A stretch of 64,000 bases of DNA from Nitrospirota bacterium (GTDB lineage: Bacteria; Nitrospirota; Nitrospiria; Nitrospirales; NS-4), in contig CAWBGA010000002.1 of assembly GCA_963788195.1 (NCBI GenBank), forward strand, positions 32,001 through 96,000, written 5' to 3'. Below, one piece after another: positions 10,825 through 20,292 of this stretch. The translations under genes were made by a program, and so were the position numbers. Every line of letters begins with the position of its first letter. Within the stretch, counting starts at the first letter, position 1. The notes under the pieces are model-generated. The model saw only the letters and a list, made by a program, of their open reading frames with translations, ran no database searches and had not been told where the DNA came from.

Positions 10825-10940
10825 AGCCGAGCGCTACCAGAAGTTCAGGGCTGCTGCGCGAGTTAGCAAGAGCCGGTAGCTAACCGGGTGTCAGATACGG
10901 GGGCGAGGTTCTCGTAAGAGAATCCCGCCCTTCGTGTGTC
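10825..10940 (+). promoter_or_regulatory. Candidate structured RNA leader (unnamed) upstream of the substrate-binding protein gene
   Basis: Competing short pairings followed by a long hairpin with a GTAA tetraloop (10897-10935). Confidence 0.35.
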
Positions 10941-10969
10941 TATGGAATGCTGGCGTGGAGGACTTCAAC

Positions 10970-12214
10970 ATGAGCCCCATATCGCGGAGACAATTTCTCC
11001 AAGTCTCGGCCATAACCGGAGCCGCATTCGCCTTCGGAAACCTGGCTGGTCAGGTGCCGGGGCTCCCGCTGTCAATGCGGTCAGCCTACGCGGCTGACCC
11101 GATTAAGGTAGGCATCATTGATCCTCTGTCCAGCCCCTACAAGACCTCCTCGATCCATGATGTCCACGGCGCCACGGTGGCGATGGAGATGTTCAATAAA
11201 CGCGGGGGGGTTCTCGGCCGTCAAATCACTATCATCGAGGCCGACGACGCCTCCAACGTGCAGACCGCGATCAAAGCGGCGAACAAACTGATCAAAGAAG
11301 ACCGTGTGGACTTTTTGATGGGGACCTTCAACGGCGACGTGGCCCTCGCGGTGGCCGAGGTGGCAAAGCAAGAAAACAAATTATTTATGGCTACCTGCCC
11401 TCACATCATGGAGCTCACTGGATCACGATGTAACTCACACACATTTGCGTTTATGCCTAACGCGCGCATGATGTCAGAGGCCGTGACCCCGCATGTCATC
11501 AAGGCCTACGGGAACCGGTGGTGGATGGTTACCGCCGATACAGTAGACGGCAAATCAGCCCTTCAGGCCATGACCGAGGCCCTCAAAGCACAAGGCGGCG
11601 AGGTGGTAGGTGCGACCACAACGCCCTTCGGGACGACCGACTTCACTACGGCTCTCACCGAAGCAAAGGCAGCCAAGCCCACCGTCATCATCCTAAATCT
11701 TTATGGCTGGGACTTGGTGAACGCGCTGAAGGGATACGCGAAGCTGGATATCGCCAAGGAAAAGGTTGGCGTCGCAGGAATGATCGGAGGCGAACAGATC
11801 GGCCGCCCGTTGGGATATGCCAGCAACGCCGGTGTCTGGGGCCTTATCTGGGACCCGAAGATCAATACTGAGAGCTCGAAGCGGTTCATACAGGGGGTGA
11901 TCGATAAGTACAACCACACCCCGACTTCGCGCTGCTATCTCGGCTACGCCGCTATGATCCAGATCCTGGAGGCGGTGCGCCGTGCCGGAACGACCGAAAC
12001 CGGGGCGGTCATCAAAGCTCTGGAGGGGCATGAGTTCGACGGGTGCAAGGAAGGGCGGTCCTTCTTTCGTGCCTGGGACCATCAGCATGTACAGGACATA
12101 CTAGTCGGGCAGGCCTACGGGAAGGAACTCGGGCTGGGGCATTATCAGATCATGGCTACTGTGCCGGGGGACGCAGTGAGTGGAAGCCGCGACCAAAGCG
12201 TTTGCAAGCTGTGA
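10970..12214 (+). CDS. Tat-exported ABC-type substrate-binding protein (LivK/LivJ-like family)
   Basis: SRRQFL twin-arginine signal; IKVGIIDPLS..GGVLGRQI..DD; GGAGG RBS before ATG 10970; no permease nearby. Confidence 0.85.
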   Translation: MSPISRRQFLQVSAITGAAFAFGNLAGQVPGLPLSMRSAYAADPIKVGIIDPLSSPYKTSSIHDVHGATVAMEMFNKRGGVLGRQITIIEADDASNVQTAIKAANKLIKEDRVDFLMGTFNGDVALAVAEVAKQENKLFMATCPHIMELTGSRCNSHTFAFMPNARMMSEAVTPHVIKAYGNRWWMVTADTVDGKSALQAMTEALKAQGGEVVGATTTPFGTTDFTTALTEAKAAKPTVIILNLYGWDLVNALKGYAKLDIAKEKVGVAGMIGGEQIGRPLGYASNAGVWGLIWDPKINTESSKRFIQGVIDKYNHTPTSRCYLGYAAMIQILEAVRRAGTTETGAVIKALEGHEFDGCKEGRSFFRAWDHQHVQDILVGQAYGKELGLGHYQIMATVPGDAVSGSRDQSVCKL

Positions 12215-12326
12215 CGGAGCTACGGCGATCCCAAAATTGCAGGGACCAGGTAAAGCACTATTGATGGAGGGGTTCCCTCGACGTCTTGCGCGAGGGTGTC
12301 TCTCTTAGTCCACAGGAGGACTCAAA

Positions 12327-12743
12327 ATGAACAGATATTCGGCAATGAGCGTTGCAGTATTGTTGGTCTTTGGCACAGCGACATTTATTTATGCAGCAGA
12401 CATCCCTAAGGATACTCCTAGCAAGGACGTGCTGGAAAAGAAAACAAAACAAAAGGACGACAGTCCTGCCGCCGGTCACGGTGATAGCCCCAAGGGCGTG
12501 GTAGAGACCTCGCCGCAGCAAGCAGTCAAGGGAGAGATAGTAAAAACTGAAGGCGACTTTTTCACCGTGAAGGATCCAAGCGGCAAAGAAGTTCGTATCC
12601 ATGTGGACAAGACCACTATGCTCGATAAAGCTTCAGGACTGGGAGAAACCTTAAAGGTCGGAGATCAAATCGAGGTTGAAATAACGCCTCAAGGCCATGC
12701 CAGGACCGTGAAGGCTGCTACGACAGGTTCGGGAAAGAAATAA
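12327..12743 (+). CDS. Secreted hypothetical protein (small beta-rich domain)
   Basis: AGGAGG RBS; signal peptide; VKGEIVKTEGDFFTVKDPSGKEVRIHVD..LKVGDQIEV. Confidence 0.75.
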   Translation: MNRYSAMSVAVLLVFGTATFIYAADIPKDTPSKDVLEKKTKQKDDSPAAGHGDSPKGVVETSPQQAVKGEIVKTEGDFFTVKDPSGKEVRIHVDKTTMLDKASGLGETLKVGDQIEVEITPQGHARTVKAATTGSGKK

Positions 12744-12753
12744 ACTCTTAAGA

Positions 12754-12784
12754 ATTCCTCGGGCAGTTCCGGCTGCCCGAGGAA
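12754..12784 (+). terminator. Hairpin after the 12327-12743 gene
   Basis: TTCCTCGGGCAG/CTGCCCGAGGAA inverted repeat; no clear poly-T tail. Confidence 0.5.
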
Positions 12785-12902
12785 GCTCCCCTGAGAACGC
12801 TCCTCCGTAACGACAAAAGAGCGCACAGTGCACCGGCTTTGCAACAGGAGATAAGCCGGTCGGTACTGATCGGTTCAATGAACCAGCAGCTTAGGAGGAC
12901 GT

Positions 12903-13073
12903 ATGTCTCAAGGGGACAAGCTAAAGGAAGAATGCTTTAGGCTGTGGACACAGGGCAAGTCCGTTGCCGAGATCAAAAGCGCGACAACGGCAGAATATGA
13001 TTCGATCCTAGATTGGGTGCGCCAGTGGGAGCGTGGAGCCCAAGGAAAGTGGGAAGTTGTTATAAAGAGATAA
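12903..13073 (+). CDS. 56-aa HTH-like small protein homologous to the C-terminus of 14164-14901 (absent from the ORF track)
   Basis: TTAGGAGG RBS; MSQGDKLKEECFRLWTQGKSVAEIKSATTAEYDSILDWVRQWERGAQGKWEVVIKR*. Confidence 0.8.
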   Translation: MSQGDKLKEECFRLWTQGKSVAEIKSATTAEYDSILDWVRQWERGAQGKWEVVIKR

Positions 13074-13174
13074 ACGGTTTAAAACCCGTTCAGTACCAAG
13101 CCGGTCCTTTGCACTTTCTCTTCAAACCTGCCTTCGTATATAATTCGTAAAAACCCAACTAAACGAGCGAGTTA

Positions 13175-14122
13175 ATGGCCGAATCCCGTCCCCCAATTCC
13201 CGTCCGAACCCTAAAGAGCATGGCTACTATTGGCGCGGCAGTATTTCTTGGGGTCCTGATGCTGACAACTCCCGTCTTCCACGAGTTTGCTCATGCCGCA
13301 GAGACCATAAAGGATGAGGGCGGCCGCACGATCTACACCATTGACGACGATGGCAATGTCACGATGTTTGAGAACAGCCCCGGGATCGACATCACCCTGT
13401 CCGTCGCGCGCGGGACGAAGGAAGAGATGCAGCCCAAGATCACGGAAGTCAATCCTGAGTCCATTCCCGCGGCCTCATCGATGGTCCTGAGGGTAAAAGG
13501 CAAAAATCTTGTGGGAGCGACGGTGAAGTTTGATAAGCCGGGAATTGACATCAGTCCCTTCGCGACCAACAAACCCACCGCTCTTGAGATCCCGATACGG
13601 ATCGCTCCGAACGCCCAGCCCGGCGACGTGCAGATGGAGTTGACGACACCGATAGGGAAGACCACTGCGAACCTGAAAATCACAGAACTGCAGATCGGGA
13701 CTGGTACCACGCGCCGCGACGAAAAGACGACCATGAACGTACCCACTACGGCGCCTGCCGCTTGTCCCGACGGGATGGTGGGGATAAGCGCCGAATCAGG
13801 CGGGTTTTGCATTGATGCCGCCGAGACTTTCACAGGGGACTTTCGGAAGGCGGAGAAAGCCTGCAGCATTCAGGGTAAGCGGTTATGCCAGGCGATGGAA
13901 TGGCGGAATGCCTGCGAGCAGGGGACACGCAGCGGGGCGCCCATTCAAAAGATAATTGGCAACTGGGAGTGGACCGCTTCCTGGGAAGCGGCGAAGGCCG
14001 GGCCCAGCGATTTCAATGAATCCGCCCTAAGTTCCATCCTCATGGGCAACGCGGATTGTGAAGGTCGTATGAAAGTACCGCAGTGGAAATCAGATCCATT
14101 CCCAGGCCGGTGCTGCAAGTAA
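13175..14122 (+). CDS. Secreted IPT/TIG-like plus Cys-rich FGE/CLec-like protein (GRCCK family)
   Basis: Signal or TM segment; PKITEVNP..GKNL; GFCID..KRLC..EW..AC..GNWEWT..GRCCK. Confidence 0.8.
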   Translation: MAESRPPIPVRTLKSMATIGAAVFLGVLMLTTPVFHEFAHAAETIKDEGGRTIYTIDDDGNVTMFENSPGIDITLSVARGTKEEMQPKITEVNPESIPAASSMVLRVKGKNLVGATVKFDKPGIDISPFATNKPTALEIPIRIAPNAQPGDVQMELTTPIGKTTANLKITELQIGTGTTRRDEKTTMNVPTTAPAACPDGMVGISAESGGFCIDAAETFTGDFRKAEKACSIQGKRLCQAMEWRNACEQGTRSGAPIQKIIGNWEWTASWEAAKAGPSDFNESALSSILMGNADCEGRMKVPQWKSDPFPGRCCK

Positions 14123-14163
14123 GGATTGCCCTAAAATTTCGGTACGGTCGCGGGTAGCCGCGT

Positions 14164-14901
14164 CTATTCAAGACCCGGAATATAGGGCTGCCATTTCCGT
14201 TGAATGCCGCGCTCCCATTCTGTGACCCACTCCAAGGCCTGTGTTTGCGGGACTCCTAATGATTCGCCGATCCATCGTACGTCCTTGCCCGACATCCATT
14301 CTTCAAAACACTGCTTTTCTTCTGAAAGCTCTCGAGGCCTGCGAACCTTAGTGTCGCCAGTCTCTGCTATGGTCCATCCTAATTGAGGATCATCGCCAAA
14401 CTGGCAGGCAGTCAAGGCGGCGGTAAACGCAGGCTGATTACGAGGAAAAACCTGAAACCAGGACTTCGTGGCTGTCCGGTTTCCGATCGAGTCCCTGACA
14501 AATTCATCAAAGGTCGTTCGCTGTTCAGCAGCGATAAAGACGCTGAGGGGAAGACCTATAAGGAAGCCCTTCTCAAAGTTAAGGAGGCTCCTGCACGCTT
14601 CATTTGCCTCAGCAATCAAGCCGGTTAGAGACGTAATGATGTAGGCGTGAGGCGCCCTATCAAAAAACTGAAAATAGTGCTGCCGTTCGTCCTTGATTTG
14701 GTCGTGTTCATGAGCCGTGCGCTCCCTCTCGGCCGTGACATGCTCTTGGATAGTCATCGCTTCTTCTAAACTATCGGTGAGCTCCTGGATAGCCAACACG
14801 AGGAGTTCTTGATCCATACAACTCAGTCGCTTAAGCTTGGCGATCCTTTGTTGTCCGGCATCGATGTGATTCGAAAGAAGATCTGTCATGGCCTCCTCCA
14901 T
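14164..14901 (-). CDS. Coiled-coil plus PAS protein with a C-terminal HTH-like domain
   Basis: YFQFFDRAPHAYIIT..GLIAEAN..LIGLPLSVFI (PAS); C-terminal CFEEWMSGK..LGV..WVTEWERG. Confidence 0.8.
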   Translation of the reverse strand: MEEAMTDLLSNHIDAGQQRIAKLKRLSCMDQELLVLAIQELTDSLEEAMTIQEHVTAERERTAHEHDQIKDERQHYFQFFDRAPHAYIITSLTGLIAEANEACRSLLNFEKGFLIGLPLSVFIAAEQRTTFDEFVRDSIGNRTATKSWFQVFPRNQPAFTAALTACQFGDDPQLGWTIAETGDTKVRRPRELSEEKQCFEEWMSGKDVRWIGESLGVPQTQALEWVTEWERGIQRKWQPYIPGLE

Positions 14902-15055
14902 TCTCCCAGAAGCGGCACCGCGTAAGGGGATGAGGACACCCGAGGGTGGGCTTAATCAGGGGGCTTTAGTCGAAAAATTGTAATGCAATAGAATCAAAAT
15001 CGCAAGACCGCAGCATGAAAAACAATATCGACAGCGTCCGACGTATAATCCCAAG

Positions 15056-16258
15056 ATGGACCGGTTAGGCAGAGCGCATGGGCACCTCCGAGCGACGCTG
15101 GAGGGCCTCTTTCAGGCCGTCGCGGCACCCGGGCATGCCCCTCTCGCGGCGGCAATCTCAGAAAATTTGAAACATATCGCCCTGGAGACTTCCGATTTCT
15201 GGGCACCGGTGAGTCCTCTCTGCGAGGCCGATCTGCGTAAGGTGAAGTTCCGCTCTGCCACGTTGGCCGATGCCGTCGAGTGGGAAGTACTCAAATACCA
15301 GGCACGAGTCCGTCCGGACCTTGAAAAAACCTGGCCGCCGCTGTTTCGCGACAGGCATGTCCATATTGGCAGTCTGATCCATATGTGGCGGCAACTCACA
15401 AGGGAAACGGAAGACAGTTTGGCTTTAAAGGGAATCGAGACATTCTTTGACATTGGCCCGTGGGGCGGCTTCAATTTCGTCGTCAATGAGGAAGGCTATA
15501 CGAGAATGAAATTCGCGCGCTTGACCTTAGGCATCGGAAGCCTCCCATCTACGCCGTTGCATGAGGATGGTGGTCCGTTCTTCGACACATTTATGCCGCT
15601 CTACAAAAGTCGGCTCGCCCAGGAGGGGCTGATTGTGCCGGAGGAATGGCAGTACCGGAATCCTAAGCGTGATCCGTCAGGAGGCTTGGTCGAGTTGTCG
15701 CAGACGTATTATTTTCCTCACCATACCTATGACAACCGCACCTTTGTGAAGGTCCGTCTCTCACGCGAGTTTGAGACCTACGAGGAAATCATGGTGGCCG
15801 ATTTTCTTGAGCTCCTGACGCGGCTGTACCATACAACCGATTGGGCAGCCTACAAGCAAGAGACCAAAGACGTGGACGTGCGGTTCGACCTCCAGGACTT
15901 TGTGTCCCTGAACCATATTATGGAAGGCGTCTACCAGCGGACTGAGAAAGAGGAGGGGCTCATACAAGAGATTAAGGCAGCCTTTCGAGGGGCAATCCGG
16001 GAGCGTCCGGTGCTGTATGATTATCTCGATCAGGTGGTCGCCTCCAAGTGGATTGAAAATCTCGTATGGGGTGTGGCTCGTGCGGTTCTGGGGATTCGAA
16101 AGTTCGAGAGGCCTTTCAGTATGAGCCGCGATATCTTAACGTCGCCACTCCCACCGCAGTTGCTCGTGCGCGTCAAGCGTCATGTGCAGGCGTATCATGA
16201 CAGGATTGGGTCCCTGCGGCCGACCGCAGAGACGGGTAGTCGAGTGGATCAGGAGTAG
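15056..16258 (+). CDS. Hypothetical protein (400 aa)
   Basis: Long ORF with protein-like composition; no family recognised. Confidence 0.7.
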   Translation: MDRLGRAHGHLRATLEGLFQAVAAPGHAPLAAAISENLKHIALETSDFWAPVSPLCEADLRKVKFRSATLADAVEWEVLKYQARVRPDLEKTWPPLFRDRHVHIGSLIHMWRQLTRETEDSLALKGIETFFDIGPWGGFNFVVNEEGYTRMKFARLTLGIGSLPSTPLHEDGGPFFDTFMPLYKSRLAQEGLIVPEEWQYRNPKRDPSGGLVELSQTYYFPHHTYDNRTFVKVRLSREFETYEEIMVADFLELLTRLYHTTDWAAYKQETKDVDVRFDLQDFVSLNHIMEGVYQRTEKEEGLIQEIKAAFRGAIRERPVLYDYLDQVVASKWIENLVWGVARAVLGIRKFERPFSMSRDILTSPLPPQLLVRVKRHVQAYHDRIGSLRPTAETGSRVDQE

Positions 16259-16264
16259 AGCCCG

Positions 16265-17587
16265 ATGGAGAAGGCCAATTACCTTGAGCCGGTAAGAGAA
16301 CAGTACGAAGCCTATCCGTATCCCCTTCGAAATCCGGAGGACGAGAGAGTACGGCTTGAAAATAGCTGGCACGATTTTCTCGAGGTGATCAACTTCTACT
16401 GCTTCAAGGGCAAGCAGAATTTCTCAGGGCCATTTCGCGTGCTTGTCGCCGGCGGCGGGACGGGTGATCAGACAATATTCCTGGCGGAGCAACTGCGGTA
16501 TAACCGCCACGCCGAAATCGTGCATCTGGACATCAGCGCGCGCAGCATAGCGATCGCCAGGCGCCGCGCTGAGGTCCGCAGGCTCACGAATATTAGCTGG
16601 CTTCAGCAGTCGGTTCTAGATCTTCCCACTCTTGCAGTAGGCCGGTTTGATTACATCAATTGCGCTGGGGTGCTGCATCACTTGGAAAGTCCGGCGGCGG
16701 GCCTCCGGGCGCTGCGTGCCGTGCTCAGTGATCAGGGCGCAATGATGATCATGCTGTATGGCAAGTACGGTCGCACGGGCGTCTATCAGGTGCAGGAGTT
16801 ACTGCGCATGATCAATGCAAATCAGGAGTTGCCTCAGGCCAAGCTTGATAATGCGAAGGCGGTGTTACAGTCCCTGCCGAAGAGCAATTGGTTTAAACGC
16901 GGAGAGGATTTGATCGGAGACCACAAGGAATTCGGCGACGCCGGCGTCTACGACGTGTTCTTACATGCGCAGGACCGTCCCTTTACGGTGGAGGAGATCT
17001 ATGATTTGGTGGAAACAGAGGGCCTTGAACTCATAGATCTGATCGAGCGTGGGCGATCGAAATATATGCCCGAGAGCTATATCCGCGACGACAGGCTTCT
17101 GTCACGGCTCGGCCAGTTTCCGAAGAAGAAACAGCAGGCTATCGCGGAATTGATTGCGGGCGATCTGATTGTGCACAACTGTTATGTCGCCCCGCAAAAA
17201 GACACGGTCGCGGCGCTCGAGGAATTGCGTAATGTCCCCTTCTATTTTTTATATGAACCGGAGAACATCGCCGACGCCATCGAAAAACGCCCCGGGCAGC
17301 AAATCAATGTCAAGGGACCGTTATTCGATGCGACCATTGAGTTTATGCCGGGCCCCTACACCAAGCAGATCTTCAGGCACCTTGACGGGGAGCGAAGCCT
17401 GAAGGAAATCTTCGAACTGATTCGAAAGGAGGCCCACCTTGATGATCAGCAGTTGCCGAATGCACGACTCTTAGAAGAATTCAGGCCGATCTACGAGGTC
17501 TTCAACAACGTGGGGTGGATGTTGTTGCGGCACAAGTCCGTTGGCAGATTTCGTCCGCTCGCGCAGATGCAGCGCCCTCCCGCCTAG
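16265..17587 (+). CDS. Class I SAM-dependent methyltransferase
   Basis: YEAYPYP, VLVAGGGTG, FDYINCAGVLHHL, YGKYGR motifs. Confidence 0.85.
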   Translation: MEKANYLEPVREQYEAYPYPLRNPEDERVRLENSWHDFLEVINFYCFKGKQNFSGPFRVLVAGGGTGDQTIFLAEQLRYNRHAEIVHLDISARSIAIARRRAEVRRLTNISWLQQSVLDLPTLAVGRFDYINCAGVLHHLESPAAGLRALRAVLSDQGAMMIMLYGKYGRTGVYQVQELLRMINANQELPQAKLDNAKAVLQSLPKSNWFKRGEDLIGDHKEFGDAGVYDVFLHAQDRPFTVEEIYDLVETEGLELIDLIERGRSKYMPESYIRDDRLLSRLGQFPKKKQQAIAELIAGDLIVHNCYVAPQKDTVAALEELRNVPFYFLYEPENIADAIEKRPGQQINVKGPLFDATIEFMPGPYTKQIFRHLDGERSLKEIFELIRKEAHLDDQQLPNARLLEEFRPIYEVFNNVGWMLLRHKSVGRFRPLAQMQRPPA

Positions 17588-17690
17588 CCAACGCCATTTT
17601 CAAAACGATAAAGTGTCCTTCAGCAAGGCCGCGCGGGTGCATAGACGCGCTAGTGGAGGCACTAGCGCGTCTGATGAGAATCCCTGCTCC

Positions 17691-19055
17691 CTAACAGTTC
17701 CCTGCCTTGTGGCTGCAGGCGGCGTTGAGAATCAGTATAAAATTGTTGTCGAGGATTGCGCTGCCCTGAACTTTAGGATCCGGAGAGGTATACCCATAGG
17801 ATGTGACCCCCACTAGTCGGTTGAATCCCGGGTTCAACCCTCCCGCTTGCCCCTGAGCAGGAATCCCAAAATTCTGGACCCATGGGCCGCCGCTCGAGCC
17901 TCCTTCCATATCCGATCCGTACTCGACGTTATTGGGCGCAATATCGCGATGATGCTGGGAATTCACCTGGTGCATTTTACCCGCGGCGTCGAAATTCGCC
18001 GGATACCCGAGTTTATTCGTATGGTTTGGATCCAGGCTATTGGTTTGCCATCCCAAATATCCGGTGACGTCTCCGATTTTCCTTAATGTGCCACCAAACG
18101 GCCGCTCCTCCAGTTCGATGATGGCAAAGTCCGCCGCATTAGGAACTGCGCCATTTCCTGTCGCCCACACCGTCGGGGTCACGACGAATCGCCAGTTCCA
18201 GGCCTGAAAAGGTGCCGGAGTGGCCGCCCCGGCTTCAAATGCCGGAATAAAGAGAAAATTCTGGTAAAACCCATTCACTCCCCCGCTTCCCTTATGAACA
18301 CAATGCCCTGCTGTGAGTATCACACGCGGTCGAAGGACGGAAGCAGAACAGATGAAATCCCCCACTCCTGGTTGAGTGAAAAACAGTTTCCCCGCGGTGC
18401 TATAGGGATAGGCCAGCCGGGCGCTGTCGGGGATCAGCCGCGAACTACTGAACGGCGCTTTTTCGGTACCGATATCCTTTGGGACCGGAATACCGAGTGC
18501 AGCTTCGGGCGAGCTTCTGGGCAGGTTTTCCGACATGGGCTGGTCTTCTGCCTTCGTGCCCTGCATCCCTGAATCTATCTTACTGCTCATCTGGTCCTGG
18601 CTCTGTTGCTTTTCTGCCTTGGCCTGTCGGTTCCCAGGCGCGACATCGTCTTTCTCACTGGCAGCGCCTCGGGGTGGGGTATCTTTCTTAACAGATCCCT
18701 CGGGTTTAGAAGCCTCCTTGGGTGCCACTTTGACAGAAGGCGGTTTGCCGTCTCCTGCCTTGCGCTCCTGGGTCTCGGCGGCTCTGCTCTCTCGTGTCGT
18801 CTGTTCTTGATACCGCTTCTTTGAAATGGGAAGGTCCAAGGGCTTCGCGCTCTTCAGGCGCTCTTCCGTCCATTGCTCGGCAGAGCTATCCCTTTGCACG
18901 TCAGTGTTTTCCTTCATGACGACCCCTTCGGCCTTGGCGACCCCCTCGGCCGAGGGTTCAGCCGCCCGCGACGGAATCACAGTCATCGCCGCGAACATGA
19001 GTAGAAATCCTAAAGTTACAAAAACGCTTTTGTGCCAATTTTGTGATCGCATCAT
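17691..19055 (-). CDS. Secreted trypsin-fold serine protease (V8/S1B-like) with a long low-complexity propeptide
   Basis: Signal peptide; WTEERLKSA; CSAS..LTAGHC; DFAI; GGSSGGPW. Confidence 0.88.
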   Translation of the reverse strand: MMRSQNWHKSVFVTLGFLLMFAAMTVIPSRAAEPSAEGVAKAEGVVMKENTDVQRDSSAEQWTEERLKSAKPLDLPISKKRYQEQTTRESRAAETQERKAGDGKPPSVKVAPKEASKPEGSVKKDTPPRGAASEKDDVAPGNRQAKAEKQQSQDQMSSKIDSGMQGTKAEDQPMSENLPRSSPEAALGIPVPKDIGTEKAPFSSSRLIPDSARLAYPYSTAGKLFFTQPGVGDFICSASVLRPRVILTAGHCVHKGSGGVNGFYQNFLFIPAFEAGAATPAPFQAWNWRFVVTPTVWATGNGAVPNAADFAIIELEERPFGGTLRKIGDVTGYLGWQTNSLDPNHTNKLGYPANFDAAGKMHQVNSQHHRDIAPNNVEYGSDMEGGSSGGPWVQNFGIPAQGQAGGLNPGFNRLVGVTSYGYTSPDPKVQGSAILDNNFILILNAACSHKAGNC

Positions 19056-19376
19056 CCACTCCTTGGCTATGAGGTGAAGTTGCCGAACATGACAGGAGTA
19101 CAGGTCAGGAAGGCAGGACAGGTAGGTGGGCTTCGAGCGCGCATCTCACATACCCATGTATAGGAACCTCTCTTTTGTATAAATCACAGTTGTTTTTGTA
19201 TATAGATCTTAAGTATTACGTGTTTAATATTTACTAGGTAGACTAGCTCACGACAAATGGAGAAGCGCCATCGACCTTGGCCGCAGACAGTTGACCTGGA
19301 AATATCGATTCACCGATACTCTTCCGACCTGGCCACTACGCTGGCACAGGGCGACATTCGAACGGAAGGAGATGAC

Positions 19377-20292
19377 ATGAAAAAATCATTTGTGGGTACT
19401 CGCAGCTTTGTTGCTTGTCGCGATTCATGTTCATGCGGCGAAGCCGGTCGATAAGGAAGCGTATAAAAAGGCGAAGCAGGACTTAAAAACCAAAGGGTCG
19501 GTGCCACTTGTTGATGCATTAAAGGCCTCTAAAGGGAGCGGACACCTAGAGGGTTTCCAGCCGACACCAAAGATCGTCGGTGGGACTGATGCGAGTATCT
19601 CAGAATTTACCTGGCAGGTCTCTATTGAAGCGGCGCAAGCACCTTCGAACCTGACTGGGCACTTTTGCGGCGGATCTTTGATTAAACCCGACTGGGTCGT
19701 GACGGCTGCACATTGCCTGGACGGGGGAACCTCTCCTGCCCAGGTCAAAGTTGTGACGGGAACTGATGACTTAAACATAGGTGGAACGAAAGTCGACGTC
19801 ACTAAGATTATAGTCCATCCCAGATATAACCCCGCGACCAACGATAACGATATCGCATTGGTAAAGCTTGCCGGCCAGGCTACCATGCAGCCGATATCCC
19901 TTATGAGCAAGAAGGTCGAAGAATCGACCCTTAAGCCTGATGCAGTCGTAACCATCAGCGGTTGGGGCTATACCAAAGAAAATGGTGACGTCTCTCCAAA
20001 GTTACAGAAGGCCCAGGTTCCGATTGTCGACCGGCAGAAGTGTAACGCCACAGATGCCTATAACGGCCAGATCACCGACAAAATGATATGCGCCGCTCCC
20101 CCGGCCGGAGGTGTAGATTCTTGCCAAGGAGATAGCGGAGGTCCTATGGTCGTGGAAAAAATTGGAGGGAAATATGTTCTCGCGGGCATTGTGAGTTGGG
20201 GGGAGGGCTGCGCGCGGGCGGGGAAACCGGGCGTGTACACCCGCGTGGCCAAGTATGTGGACTGGGTCAACCAGAAGATTAAAACTCAGTGA
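19377..20292 (+). CDS. Secreted trypsin (S1A) serine protease; apparent +1 frameshift just after the start codon
   Basis: GAAGGAGA RBS; ATG 19377 is one base out of frame with LWVLAALLLV; IVGG, CGGSL, TAAHC, DIAL, DSCQGDSGGP, GIVSWG, PGVYTRV. Confidence 0.92.

Noticed and set aside
12826..12845. Sigma54-like GTGCACCGGCTTTGCA before the 56-aa ORF
   Set aside because: Lacks the invariant GG of the -24 box.
3..14122. Diversity-generating retroelement acting on the GRCCK genes
   Set aside because: No reverse transcriptase or near-identical template/variable repeat pair in the window, and the paralogs differ throughout.
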